The notes under the pieces were generated by a model that made no database searches, was not told the DNA's origin, and saw nothing but the letters and a program-made list of their open reading frames with translations. Of a stretch of DNA of 64,000 nt, positions 19,119-28,911 are shown piece after piece (the stretch's first letter is position 1; each line of letters opens with the position of its first letter). The stretch is from a virus (taxonomy: Duplodnaviria; Heunggongvirae; Uroviricota; Caudoviricetes): the IMG/VR virus record IMGVR_UViG_3300049219_000004, one strand, 5' to 3'. A program made the position numbers and the translations under genes.

Positions 19119-20585
19119 ATGATTGACTACGCAGCTTGGTTGAAAGACCCGGCTGCTGTCAGGGTTGTGTTGATTGAAGTAGGTGTAAAGACAGCCGGGT
19201 TGGAAACAACCCGGTTTTTGTCTACTAAACCTTACGTTACATCGCCGACTGACAGCCCAGCCAACCAATTTTACCAGCCTATCGTAACGACAGGGCTGCA
19301 ATTTACTGAACAACTTGCTCTCGATGGCCAAGGGAGTTTTAGTGCAGGTGACATCGAGCTTTCCAACTACAACGGAGAGCGTGATTCATGGCTAGACGAT
19401 ATCTGGGACAACCACTCAATCAAGATGTGGATTGGTGATCCTCGTTGGATTCGCTCAGATTTTCAAATGATTTTTAATGGCGTGGTTGCTACGATTGGTA
19501 GCAAGAGCCGCGACTTACTAAACCTTACGTTGAGAGACAAACTCCAACGTCTTAATACTCCGGTGACGGATGACAAAATTGGTGGAAGTGACGGGAACAG
19601 TGATAACGTACTGAGCCTATCGTTCGGTGAAGTTCACAACGTCACACCACAACTTACGAACGCTGTAACGCTGGAATACGAAGTGCATGATGGTGCAATC
19701 GAGCGAGTGATTGAAGTGAGAGATAATGGCAAGCCAGTGGGTATCACAGCTACACTAGGCACTGGCCGTTTTACTTTGAACCGTCCTTCCGCTGGCTCCA
19801 TTACAGCCTCCATTCAAGGTGACAAGTTCGGAGGAACATATAGAAATACAATTGCAGCCCTAGTGGAACGTATCGTCACAGGGTATGGAAAAGATACAGA
19901 CAGATTCGATTCAAGTGACATCGACGCCTCTAACTTTTCAGCTTTCGATACAGCACACCCACAACCTATCGGCGTATATGCAGACGGACGTACTAACGTT
20001 CTAGAGCTGTGTCAACAACTAGCAGGAAGTGTGGATGCACAGCTTGTAATGTCCCGTCAAGGACTCCTGCGCTTGATTCAATTGCAGATTCCGGGAACAG
20101 GAACACCATTCGCTGTCGGGCCTTCCCAGATGGTTGAACGTTCACTTCGTATCACGTCCCGTCCTTACGTAAAGGGAGCTGTGATGCTGGGATTTAATAA
20201 GAACTACACAGTTCAAGAGGGCTTGCTAACTTCTATTCCTGATGCACATAAAACATTATTTGCAATGGAATGGTTGACAGCTACAGCAGCCGATACGACA
20301 GTGCAAGCGGATTACAAGTTGAACTCAGCTCCTCCGCAAAAGGATACGTTGCTGTGTAAGCGTACGGATGCTCAGGTCGAAGCACAACGTCAATTGGATA
20401 TGTGGAAGGTAGCACGCACAGTATTTACATTTGAAGGAACTGCTGACCTGCTTCAACTAGAGCTTGGACAAGCAATCACAATTACACATCCACGATTCGG
20501 ACTTCAGAACGGAAAGACAGGCATCGTAACATCGTTAGCCCCTGTATGGCTGAATGGACACGTAACAGTGGGTGTACTAGTATAA
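19119..20585 (+). CDS. distal tail (Dit-like)/minor tail protein
   Basis: 488 aa immediately after TMP. Confidence 0.5.
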   Translation: MIDYAAWLKDPAAVRVVLIEVGVKTAGLETTRFLSTKPYVTSPTDSPANQFYQPIVTTGLQFTEQLALDGQGSFSAGDIELSNYNGERDSWLDDIWDNHSIKMWIGDPRWIRSDFQMIFNGVVATIGSKSRDLLNLTLRDKLQRLNTPVTDDKIGGSDGNSDNVLSLSFGEVHNVTPQLTNAVTLEYEVHDGAIERVIEVRDNGKPVGITATLGTGRFTLNRPSAGSITASIQGDKFGGTYRNTIAALVERIVTGYGKDTDRFDSSDIDASNFSAFDTAHPQPIGVYADGRTNVLELCQQLAGSVDAQLVMSRQGLLRLIQLQIPGTGTPFAVGPSQMVERSLRITSRPYVKGAVMLGFNKNYTVQEGLLTSIPDAHKTLFAMEWLTATAADTTVQADYKLNSAPPQKDTLLCKRTDAQVEAQRQLDMWKVARTVFTFEGTADLLQLELGQAITITHPRFGLQNGKTGIVTSLAPVWLNGHVTVGVLV

Positions 20586-20594
20586 AGGAAAAGA

Positions 20595-22472
20595 ATGGCT
20601 ACTATTCAGAACGACAGGGATAATATCCTGCAAGCAGCGTCAACACGAGACGTTGACCCTACAGCAGGGAAGTATTTGACGCTGACCCCATCGACGCCAG
20701 TGTTCCACGTTTCAACGAGTGGTACGCCAACTCCTTCGTCAATTACGATTACCGCTAACCCTGTCAATATGACAGGAACAGAGGCATCGTTTAGCATCAC
20801 TGCTGGTACGCTTACAGGAACAGGAAATACAAGAACGCTTACCTTCGCAAATATGCCAGTGGATAACATTACTGTCTCTGCCAGCGTAAGCTTCCTAGGA
20901 CAGACGTACAATGCTTCCATTGATATTGCCAAAGTAGAAGACGGAGTTGCAGGTGAAACTGGTGCAGATGGAAGCATGTTTGCTACGGCTTCTTTGTATC
21001 AATGGTCTACTGTTGATCCGGGATTGCCTTCAGGCTCTTCAACGTTCACATGGGCTAGCGCAGCGAATACGTCCTACATCGGAAGTGACGGATGGTTTAC
21101 TACTGTTCAGACGAATCCGGGAACATCAGGAATTAAACTGTGGGTAGCTTCAAAACCTATCACAGCTCCAGCAGGAACGCCTACAACAACCGTAACATAC
21201 TCAGCTGGTGCCACGGTAGCTGCTGTGTCTCAAAACGGCGTAGCGGGCGCTAAGCAGGCTGTGGCTCGTGCCTATCAATGGTCTACAGGTGCAGCTCCTA
21301 CAGCTACAGGCACAGCCACATGGACGTGGGCAACAGCAAGCTACAATACTCCACCAGCGACAGGATGGACAGCAGCTAAGACAGATGCTCCAGCACTTGG
21401 TTATACGCTTTATGAAGCAACAGTGGCTTTAGTAGATTCAACAGGTGCAACTACAACCGCGATTGACTGGACAACAGCAACACGTACAGGTATCGGCTAC
21501 ATGGCAACAAACGGCAACAATGCTGCTATTGCTTACGTTCTTGTAGATGGTAATACGTTGAATGGAACACCAGCTACGATTACGAAGTCTGGTACAGCTC
21601 TTCCAGCTTCTGGTGACTGGGGAAGTACACGTACTTGGGTAACATCCCCTCCTGTTCCGGCAGCAGGACAGTCTGTTTTCCAGAGTAATGGTATCTGGAA
21701 TTCTGTATCGAATCAGACTGTCTGGGGGCTACCATATCTTAGTGCCCTTCGTGTAGGTAGTTTGTCTGCTGTATCTACTGACACAGGCACGTTAAATGTG
21801 TCTGGAACGATTAGCAGCGCCAACGGAAACTTCACGGTAGACAGTAACGGCAACGCTTCGATGAAGGCGCTCACTGTCCGTGACTCTGGTGGTAACATCT
21901 TGATTCAGAGTAGCGCGTCTACGCAGATTACTTCTGGCAACGTAGCCAACTGGGTTCAGGGTGGCGCTATTGGGAATACTCAAATTGGCGGTGACTTGTT
22001 TTCCACTAACTGGAACGGAAGTGTGGGGCCGAGCGGAGTAGGCTGGAGGATTGACAGGTCAGGTACGCTTTACGCTAACAACATCTATACGCGTGGCTCT
22101 CTAATGGGTGGTGTATATACAGGATACTCTTGGCCGGCTGCTGGTGCAGGTAACACTGGATTCTTCCTTGGAGCATCGGGGCTGTTGATTGGTAACGCCA
22201 ATAACAACAAATATTTCCAAGTCGAGGAAAGCGGAAACGTATATGCCCCCGGCTTCAGCATCGTCAACGGTAACTTGAGCGTAACTGGCGCTATTACAGC
22301 CACTAGCGGATCGTTCTCAGGAACGCTCAACGCACCTAATGGAACGTTGGGAACAATTACTTCGGGTACGATTCAGTCTGGATCATCTGGGCAACGTACG
22401 GTTATTAATCAAAACGGTGTTAACGTGTATGACAGTGCAGGTACGCTCCGTGTTCGTTTGGGGATTTGGTAA
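20595..22472 (+). CDS. tail tip/fiber protein with Thr/Ala/Gly-rich Ig-like repeats
   Basis: 625 aa, T/A/G/S-rich, internal repeats (WSTxxAxxTGTATWTWA..). Confidence 0.5.
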   Translation: MATIQNDRDNILQAASTRDVDPTAGKYLTLTPSTPVFHVSTSGTPTPSSITITANPVNMTGTEASFSITAGTLTGTGNTRTLTFANMPVDNITVSASVSFLGQTYNASIDIAKVEDGVAGETGADGSMFATASLYQWSTVDPGLPSGSSTFTWASAANTSYIGSDGWFTTVQTNPGTSGIKLWVASKPITAPAGTPTTTVTYSAGATVAAVSQNGVAGAKQAVARAYQWSTGAAPTATGTATWTWATASYNTPPATGWTAAKTDAPALGYTLYEATVALVDSTGATTTAIDWTTATRTGIGYMATNGNNAAIAYVLVDGNTLNGTPATITKSGTALPASGDWGSTRTWVTSPPVPAAGQSVFQSNGIWNSVSNQTVWGLPYLSALRVGSLSAVSTDTGTLNVSGTISSANGNFTVDSNGNASMKALTVRDSGGNILIQSSASTQITSGNVANWVQGGAIGNTQIGGDLFSTNWNGSVGPSGVGWRIDRSGTLYANNIYTRGSLMGGVYTGYSWPAAGAGNTGFFLGASGLLIGNANNNKYFQVEESGNVYAPGFSIVNGNLSVTGAITATSGSFSGTLNAPNGTLGTITSGTIQSGSSGQRTVINQNGVNVYDSAGTLRVRLGIW

Positions 22473-22738
22473 TGGCAGCAGGACTACAAGTATGGGATGC
22501 GTCAGGAAATATTATTCTTGACACGTCCGATCAGACATTTAGATATATTGGTTCTTACGGTTTTACTGTAAGTTCTTCTGACAACAGTAGCACAGTCGTA
22601 AGTGTTCCGGGCGTGTCTCCCGGTACTCACTTTGCGACTAGCTCTATAGGACTTCCAGTAGTAGAGACTAATCAGGTCAGAGTTTACGGCCAAATCGGGT
22701 CAAGTGGCTCTGGTACATTTTACGTTTTTAGGATTTGA
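22472..22738 (+). CDS. small tail fiber-like protein, paralog A (N-terminal AGLxxWDxxGNIILD module)
   Basis: ATG at 22472 overlapping upstream TAA (TAATG); N-terminus MAAGLQVWDASGNIILDTSD paralogous to next gene. Confidence 0.45.
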   Translation: MAAGLQVWDASGNIILDTSDQTFRYIGSYGFTVSSSDNSSTVVSVPGVSPGTHFATSSIGLPVVETNQVRVYGQIGSSGSGTFYVFRI

Positions 22739-22739
22739 A

Positions 22740-23432
22740 ATGACAGCAGGACTAGAAATCTACAATGATGCTGGGGCTTTGATTATTGACAGTGTTAATC
22801 CAAATTATAGCCTACTAGCCTCTGGAACTGCCTCTACTGGTGTGGCTGTTAGTTTTACAACTACTACAGTTCGTCCTCTGGTATTTGTTCGTTTCAATAC
22901 ATCCAACAGGTTTGTTCGTGTGGCGGACTTGACAAATAGCAGTGTCACATTTGCCTGCTATGACCAACCTGCTTCAAGCACAGCGTACGCTACAGAGGTA
23001 TCAGGGAGTACAGAATATATGGTGTTCGGGATTGCCAGTACGCTTGCTCCGAGCAGTCCCGGATATGGTTTGAATGTGTTTGATGCAGCAGGGAACCTTA
23101 TCTACGACTCAAATAGAGTTGTACCGCGTGTGAAAGAAGTTGTGACGCTTCCAGCATTATCCCCCCCAACTGTTACATATAATCCTATTAGTGTTATAGC
23201 ACACAGTCAAGGATCAAACCCTTGGATGCTGGCAAATAGCACATATAATCCATACGGGTATGTCTTTCACGACGATAATCCCGCACACCTTAGCTACTTA
23301 CTATGCACCGCATTAAGAAGCAGTACAGCTTCAGGAAACCAGATTTGGCTAGAGGCGGTGAAGGTTTACACCATTGGTACTCAAGGTTCGTCATGGCCGT
23401 CCGCGCCCACACAGGTAGCATTGATTCCATAA
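22740..23432 (+). CDS. tail fiber-like protein, paralog B
   Basis: Start MTAGLEIYNDAGALIIDSVN with near-identical start context (GGATTTGnnAATGnCAGCAGGACTA) to 22472 gene; followed by terminator. Confidence 0.45.
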   Translation: MTAGLEIYNDAGALIIDSVNPNYSLLASGTASTGVAVSFTTTTVRPLVFVRFNTSNRFVRVADLTNSSVTFACYDQPASSTAYATEVSGSTEYMVFGIASTLAPSSPGYGLNVFDAAGNLIYDSNRVVPRVKEVVTLPALSPPTVTYNPISVIAHSQGSNPWMLANSTYNPYGYVFHDDNPAHLSYLLCTALRSSTASGNQIWLEAVKVYTIGTQGSSWPSAPTQVALIP

Positions 23433-23467
23433 ATGTAAGTAGTATTACGTAACAGAAAGCCGCCCTG

Positions 23468-23491
23468 ATGGGCGGCTTTTTGACATTATAG
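23468..23491 (+). terminator. rho-independent terminator
   Basis: AGCCGCCC-TGAT-GGGCGGCT + TTTT. Confidence 0.6.
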
Positions 23492-23518
23492 GTAAGTAGT
23501 GTTATAATCCTACTTATG
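23490..23518 (+). promoter_or_regulatory. consensus sigma70 promoter (TTGACA-17-TATAAT) for distal fiber genes
   Basis: TTGACA 23490-23495 (overlaps terminator T-run), spacer TTATAGGTAAGTAGTGT, TATAAT 23513-23518. Confidence 0.6.
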
Positions 23519-23570
23519 ACTACTCCTTACGAGAGTATAACACAGAATTACGAAGAAAGGTAAAGAATTT

Positions 23571-26048
23571 ATGTCTACACGTTTCTATTACAACCAGCAG
23601 GACTATATCGTTCAGCTAAATCTAATGGACGATATTGCAACAGCCAGTGCTGAGAGCGCAGCAGGATATGCGGCGGCGGCAGAAGCTAGTGCAGATGAAG
23701 CGGCGGCATCGGCGGCTGCGGCAGCTTCTCTGGTTGAGAATCAAATTGTAGATGGTCAAACTGTAAAGGCTCCATCTCAAAACGCAGTGTTTGATGCACT
23801 TGCTGCTAAGCAACCTACCATTGTTGCTGGAACCACGTCCCAATATTACCGTGGAGATAAAACGTTTCAAACGCTTGATAAAGCTGCTGTAGGGCTTTCC
23901 AACGTAGACAATACAAGTGATGCAAGTAAACCTGTCTCTACCGCTCAAGCAGCAGCAGACGCAGCAACGTTGGCAAGTGCAAATAGCTACGCAGATGGTT
24001 TGGTCGTTAGCATGTGGGATGATCGTGGTAACTACGACGCTTCAGTAAACACGTTCCCTACAACAGGCGGATCAGGAAGCGCTGGAGCTGTAAAAAAGAA
24101 TGACATCTGGACTATTTCCGTAGCTGGAACGCTTGGCGGAACTCCTGTGGCTGTACGTCAATTTATTCGTGCTCTTTCAGATGCTCCGGGACAGACAGCC
24201 ACAAGCTGGGCAATTGGCCTAGCTAATACCGATATCGATGACTCGATCACAGATGGTATTACAGGCCGAGCACCGTCACAAAACGCAGTGTTCGATGCTT
24301 TGGCATTGAAGGCTCCTTTGGCATCTCCTTCACTGACAGGGACAATTGGCGTAGAAAATCTTACACTAAACGGAGCAGCCCGTAGAATTAGAGCTGACTT
24401 CTCTAACGCAACAATTGCTAGCCGAACTCTGTTCCAAAGCTCTACGACTAATGGGCTTACTAGTATTGGTACAATTCCTAACGGTACATCTACTAACTCA
24501 AGTGTTCTTGCATATAACGGCACAGACCCAGATAATTCAGGACTCGCAGGTATTACTATTAATAACGGCGGTGTTACTCTTATCTCTAGTAAGTCAGGAA
24601 CTGGGACGACTGTACCACTTGTGGTGAATGTAAACAGTAACGAGATGATGAGATATGATAGTACAACTTATAACATCTCAATGTTCGGAGCTGCAATCGA
24701 AGATAACGGAACTGCCTATCGTACAATCTCGCTAGGTAGCGGTTCCACTGGCAGTGCAGGTACGGTAGTATCGTTCAAAGACTCCAGCGGCAATGCTCGT
24801 GGCTCTATCGCTTCCAATACTGGTGCGGGTCTTCAGTTGCAATCTGCCGGTGCGGGTCTGCCGATGCTATTCTACATGCAAGGAACGGAACGTTTGCGTC
24901 TACCGAGTGGTGCCAATGTTATCCAGTCGGACATGACTTCGACTCCTCAGAATCTTCGTTTGGCATTTCAGACTTCGGTACTGAATGGAGCTACGAGTCT
25001 TAATTTGATTCCTAACGGTACAAACACTCAATCCACTATTGTAGCACATAACACATCTGATGCTGCAAATGCAGGACGTCTTCTGTTGGGCGTAGATAGT
25101 ACTACTTCATTCCTGCAAGCAGATAACGTCGGCACTGGTACAGCTAAACCATTCCAAGTACGTGTTGGAGGTATTACTCGTTTCACGATGCCTGTAGCAA
25201 GCAATACAATGCAGGTTTTAGGGTCGGATGCCACATTAAATAATCGTTTTGCATTCCAAGATAGTACAGTTAATGCTGCCTCAAGTCTGGAAACAATCCC
25301 AAATGGCACAGGCGGTAGTTCACAACACATCGTCTGGAATAACTCAGATCGAGCAAACTCCAGCTACATGTTGATGCGTTGTAATTCCACAGCAGCTTTG
25401 TTCTCTTCTTACGCTACTGGTACTGGCTCGGTGTTGCCAATTACGTTTGAGACAAACGGCATAGAACGTATGCGAATCGCTTCAAGTGGTGTTCTACGTA
25501 TTGGTCAAAGCACAACCGATGATCCGGCCGCCGCACATATCGACGGCACTACTATCGGCTCCTTGGGCGCAGGAACTATGATTATGCGCCGTGCGGGACA
25601 AACACCGCTTCACATCGCTCGTGGTGATACGTCAGGAACTAACATTCAGTTTTACACTGATAATGGTTCAGTTGTTGTTGCAGGTAATATTACTTCCAAC
25701 GGTTCTTCTACGGCGTACAACGTCTCGTCTGATTACCGTCTGAAAGAGAATGCTAAACCTTTGGAATTCGGTCTGGACTTTATCAAACAAGTGCAGTTTC
25801 TGTCTTGGAATTGGAAGGTGGATGGTCGCCGTGGTGAGGGTGTGTTTGCACACAAACTACAGGAACTTGAAAACCCTGTTCCAGATGCTGTGCAAGGAGA
25901 TAAGGATGCAGTTAGAGAAGATGGAACTCCAGAGTACCAAAGTGCAGACTATTCTAAACTAGTACCGCGTATGGGACGGGCCATTCAAGAACTAAGTGAA
26001 AAACTTGATGCAGCTCTTAAGCGCATTGAAGCGTTGGAAGCTGCCTAA
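23571..26048 (+). CDS. tail fiber protein with C-terminal intramolecular chaperone (peptidase S74) domain
   Basis: 825 aa; C-terminus ..SDYRLKENAKPLEFGLDFIKQVQF..SWNWK.. matches the auto-cleaving chaperone of endosialidase/L-shaped fibers; three ~100-aa tandem modules (..FQxSxxNGxxSLxxIPNGT..). Confidence 0.8.
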   Translation: MSTRFYYNQQDYIVQLNLMDDIATASAESAAGYAAAAEASADEAAASAAAAASLVENQIVDGQTVKAPSQNAVFDALAAKQPTIVAGTTSQYYRGDKTFQTLDKAAVGLSNVDNTSDASKPVSTAQAAADAATLASANSYADGLVVSMWDDRGNYDASVNTFPTTGGSGSAGAVKKNDIWTISVAGTLGGTPVAVRQFIRALSDAPGQTATSWAIGLANTDIDDSITDGITGRAPSQNAVFDALALKAPLASPSLTGTIGVENLTLNGAARRIRADFSNATIASRTLFQSSTTNGLTSIGTIPNGTSTNSSVLAYNGTDPDNSGLAGITINNGGVTLISSKSGTGTTVPLVVNVNSNEMMRYDSTTYNISMFGAAIEDNGTAYRTISLGSGSTGSAGTVVSFKDSSGNARGSIASNTGAGLQLQSAGAGLPMLFYMQGTERLRLPSGANVIQSDMTSTPQNLRLAFQTSVLNGATSLNLIPNGTNTQSTIVAHNTSDAANAGRLLLGVDSTTSFLQADNVGTGTAKPFQVRVGGITRFTMPVASNTMQVLGSDATLNNRFAFQDSTVNAASSLETIPNGTGGSSQHIVWNNSDRANSSYMLMRCNSTAALFSSYATGTGSVLPITFETNGIERMRIASSGVLRIGQSTTDDPAAAHIDGTTIGSLGAGTMIMRRAGQTPLHIARGDTSGTNIQFYTDNGSVVVAGNITSNGSSTAYNVSSDYRLKENAKPLEFGLDFIKQVQFLSWNWKVDGRRGEGVFAHKLQELENPVPDAVQGDKDAVREDGTPEYQSADYSKLVPRMGRAIQELSEKLDAALKRIEALEAA

Positions 26049-26059
26049 GAAAGGAAGAC

Positions 26060-26893
26060 ATGGCAAACGTTAGAATTATTTACAACAACTCTGCCGACCG
26101 TGCCACTCTCTCTGCCTCTACAACGGCAGGGAGTTTGGTAGCAAGTAATATGTTGACAGACATTAAGAGCGCCGTATGGCGTTCTACAAGCACTACAGCA
26201 ACAATCACAGCAACATGGGCTGTTGGTGAAACCATTGCTGGCGTAGCCCTCCCATTCTGCAACCTCACGTCTCAAGCTACCATTCGTGTACGGGGATACA
26301 CAAACGAAGCAGATGCTTCGCCTATCTTCGACACAGGAGTTATCTACGCCTGCCCTACAAGCGTTCTAGGGCTGTTTGGATGGGGAAGTGAACCGCTAGG
26401 TGTGAACTCTTATAGCTACGGAGGAGGAGCCTACGGGCGTGCTTGGATTAATAGCCCAGCTACCGTTAAGAAGCTTGTAATCGATTTGGTAGATACGACG
26501 AACGTCTCTGGATACATCGAAGTGAGCCGTCTAGTAGCTGGACAGTATTGGGAACCTAAAATCGGAGCTGAGCAAGGAGCTACGCTGACAGTGGTGGATA
26601 CCAGTAAGCATTACAGAAATGATGCTGGGGATCAAATGACAGATCGTGGCACTCGTCACCGTAAACAGAACTTCTCTATTCCTTCCCTTGACGAACAAGA
26701 CAGGGCAAAGATGTGGGACATTCTGTGGGGTAACGGGATGGCTAGACCTGTGTTCATCAGCGTGTATCCGAATAACGCGGACTCTCGACTGGAACAGCTC
26801 CATCAACTCTACGGGAAGATGGTAACGACTCCAATCATGGGCACTCCATATTTCAATCGTAACAACGCAACAATTGATATTGAAGAGATTTAA
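26060..26893 (+). CDS. hypothetical tail-associated protein
   Basis: 277 aa, SD AAAGGAAGACATGG, co-transcribed with fiber. Confidence 0.45.
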   Translation: MANVRIIYNNSADRATLSASTTAGSLVASNMLTDIKSAVWRSTSTTATITATWAVGETIAGVALPFCNLTSQATIRVRGYTNEADASPIFDTGVIYACPTSVLGLFGWGSEPLGVNSYSYGGGAYGRAWINSPATVKKLVIDLVDTTNVSGYIEVSRLVAGQYWEPKIGAEQGATLTVVDTSKHYRNDAGDQMTDRGTRHRKQNFSIPSLDEQDRAKMWDILWGNGMARPVFISVYPNNADSRLEQLHQLYGKMVTTPIMGTPYFNRNNATIDIEEI

Positions 26894-26894
26894 C

Positions 26895-27347
26895 ATGCAA
26901 ACAATCACCGTCATTTTTACGAAACGAAAATGGAATCCGGTGTCAGGAGCGATTCGTTGGGCAATCCCGCGTAGTCGCTTCCATATTGCCAAAGCTTCTC
27001 ACTGTCTTATCCAAGATGGTGAATACGTCATCGAAGCTTCCATGACACACGGCGTTCGTCGCACGTTGATGGTTGATGCGATGAGGGGACTTGCTATTAC
27101 AGATGTCGTTAAGTTCCAAGTGTTTGACGCTGAAGCAGGACTGACATTCGCTCGTTCGCAAGTAGGTAGGAAGTACGATTTTAAAGGAGCATTCGGGTTA
27201 GCACTATATCCCGGACGCGAGTACACGGAAGACGACTCATGGTTCTGCTTTGAATTGGCCGCAGCAGCCCTCAAGGCCGCAGGACGTGATGTGTTCCGTG
27301 CTTCTAGCCATATTACAGGCACGATGCTACAGGCTATCAAGCCTTAA
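26895..27347 (+). CDS. hypothetical protein (possible papain-like peptidase fold; conserved Cys in DDSWFCFELA)
   Basis: ATG at 26895 right after upstream stop; longer frame from 26874 overlaps previous gene. Confidence 0.4.
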   Translation: MQTITVIFTKRKWNPVSGAIRWAIPRSRFHIAKASHCLIQDGEYVIEASMTHGVRRTLMVDAMRGLAITDVVKFQVFDAEAGLTFARSQVGRKYDFKGAFGLALYPGREYTEDDSWFCFELAAAALKAAGRDVFRASSHITGTMLQAIKP

Positions 27348-27374
27348 GATTAATTAATTAAGAGAGGGTAACAA

Positions 27375-27722
27375 GTGAATGTAGAAACATTGGTATACGC
27401 GCTAACTGTAGCAGTTGGGGTTATTACGGCATTGGGTGGAGTCATCTGGGCTATGCTTAGAAACGAAACTGCTAAACAAGCAGAACAATTGGAAAAGAAA
27501 GTGGACACAGACCGTCTTCGTGAAGTGGCAGCAAGTTTGACTATTGAAATCAATGACGTACGAGATAACAGCGAAAAGCTAGTTAATAAACTAGAACAAC
27601 GTCACGACAAGGAGTTGGAACAGATGGCTCACCGAGTAGGCGAACAAATCCGAGCAACAGAGCAAAACATTCTTACGCAGATTCGATTGATGATTGAAGT
27701 GTTGAAGAGTGACAGAACGTAA
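27375..27722 (+). CDS. membrane protein with N-terminal TM helix and coiled coil (holin or i-spanin candidate)
   Basis: 115 aa, GTG start with SD AGAGAGGGTAACAA; hydrophobic residues 5-27 then charged coiled coil; sits immediately before endolysin. Confidence 0.4.
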   Translation: MNVETLVYALTVAVGVITALGGVIWAMLRNETAKQAEQLEKKVDTDRLREVAASLTIEINDVRDNSEKLVNKLEQRHDKELEQMAHRVGEQIRATEQNILTQIRLMIEVLKSDRT

Positions 27723-27749
27723 TAGGGCACACGCCCAAGGAGAAACAAA

Positions 27750-28301
27750 TTGAGTATCGAAACAATTATTGACAACATCATCACAGCGGAAGGAGAGTAC
27801 TCAAACGACCCTTTGGATGCTGGCGGTGCAACGAAGTATGGCATTACATTCAGAGTGGCCCGGTCTAACGGTTACATGGGTGACATGAAAGACCTGCCAC
27901 TTTCTACAGCCAAACAAATTTACAAGAACATCTACTGGCTGGAGCCACACTTTGATAGGGTAGCAACGTTATCACCGTCCGTAGCTGAAGAGCTATGTGA
28001 TACAGGGGTGAATTGTGGTGTTGGATTCGCAGAAGGTATCTTGCAATCCTGCTTGAATCTTTTGAACAGAGAGCAAGCTGATTACAAGGACATTCCCGAA
28101 GACAAGGCCATTGGCCCTGCTACACTGAACGCTCTAGCCTCTTACCTAATCAAGCGAGGAAAAGATGGAGAGCTTGTGCTTCTTCGTATGCTGAATGTGA
28201 TGCAGGGAAATCGTTACATCGAGTTATCCAAGACAAAGCCTTCTCAAGAAGCCTTTCTGTTTGGATGGTTCTTGAACAGAGTAAAAATTAAAGGAGAATG
28301 A
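27750..28301 (+). CDS. endolysin, glycoside hydrolase family 108 N-terminal domain + PG_binding_3-like C-terminus
   Basis: 183 aa; N-terminus IETIIDNIITAEGEYSNDPLDAGGATKYGIT is the GH108 signature; TTG start with strong SD AAGGAGA. Confidence 0.8.
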   Translation: MSIETIIDNIITAEGEYSNDPLDAGGATKYGITFRVARSNGYMGDMKDLPLSTAKQIYKNIYWLEPHFDRVATLSPSVAEELCDTGVNCGVGFAEGILQSCLNLLNREQADYKDIPEDKAIGPATLNALASYLIKRGKDGELVLLRMLNVMQGNRYIELSKTKPSQEAFLFGWFLNRVKIKGE

Positions 28302-28302
28302 T

Positions 28303-28851
28303 ATGGAGTGGAAGGAACTAGGGAACGTACTAGCTAAAGCTGCACCAGCACTAGCTACCGCTCTTGGTGGGCCTCTCGCTGGAGGGGCTGTAGCGGCCCT
28401 AGAAGGCGTTTTCGGGATCACCGAAGGAGGAAGTGCCAAGGAACGTACAGAAGCGCTTGTAGCGGCTATTAGCGGTGCTACTCCCGATCAGATGTTGGCA
28501 CTGAAAAAGGCCGATCAAGACTTTGCTGTACGGATGGAAGAACTCGGAATCAAGCGAGAAGAAACTGCAAACGCAGATCGTGACTCAGCTCGTAAACGTG
28601 AATCAGATGTCAAAGACAAAACGCCACGTAATCTTGCCTATGCAATTACAGCCGGATACTTTGGGATGTTGATTTTCATGATGCTATATCCAATCCCGGC
28701 AGCTAGTCGAGATATTCTAAACTATATGTTGGGTACACTTGGGACAGCTTGGATTGCAGCAGTGACATACTACTTCGGTAGTACGAATGGAAGTTTTGAG
28801 AAGTCTAGACTCTTGGCTCAAGTTCCAGAGAAGAAAGAAGAAAAGAAATAA
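28303..28851 (+). CDS. holin-like membrane protein (two C-terminal TM helices)
   Basis: 182 aa, start overlaps endolysin stop (ATATGG); TM segments ~AYAITAGYFGMLIFMMLYPI and ~GTLGTAWIAAVTYYFG; Lys/Glu-rich tail. Confidence 0.4.
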   Translation: MEWKELGNVLAKAAPALATALGGPLAGGAVAALEGVFGITEGGSAKERTEALVAAISGATPDQMLALKKADQDFAVRMEELGIKREETANADRDSARKRESDVKDKTPRNLAYAITAGYFGMLIFMMLYPIPAASRDILNYMLGTLGTAWIAAVTYYFGSTNGSFEKSRLLAQVPEKKEEKK

Positions 28852-28874
28852 GGTTGCCTTGGTAGGGCGTGTTG

Positions 28875-28910
28875 GAGGGAAGAGGCTTATGGCTTCTCCC
28901 TCCTTTTTTA
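28875..28910 (+). terminator. rho-independent terminator at the convergence point of + and - modules
   Basis: GGAGGGAAGAGGC-TTATG-GCTTCTCCCTCC hairpin (12 bp, one bulge) + TTTTTTAT. Confidence 0.6.
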
Positions 28911-28911
28911 T

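Noticed and set aside
22466-22471. TTG start at 22466 for the small fiber paralog (as in ORF track)
   Set aside because: ATG at 22472 overlaps the upstream stop (TAATG) and mirrors the start context of the paralog at 22740, so it is the preferred start.
28875-28910. Bidirectional terminator for both converging modules
   Set aside because: The hairpin is followed by a U-run only in the plus direction; on the minus strand the hairpin is followed by AACACGCC. I therefore annotated it as a plus-strand terminator only.
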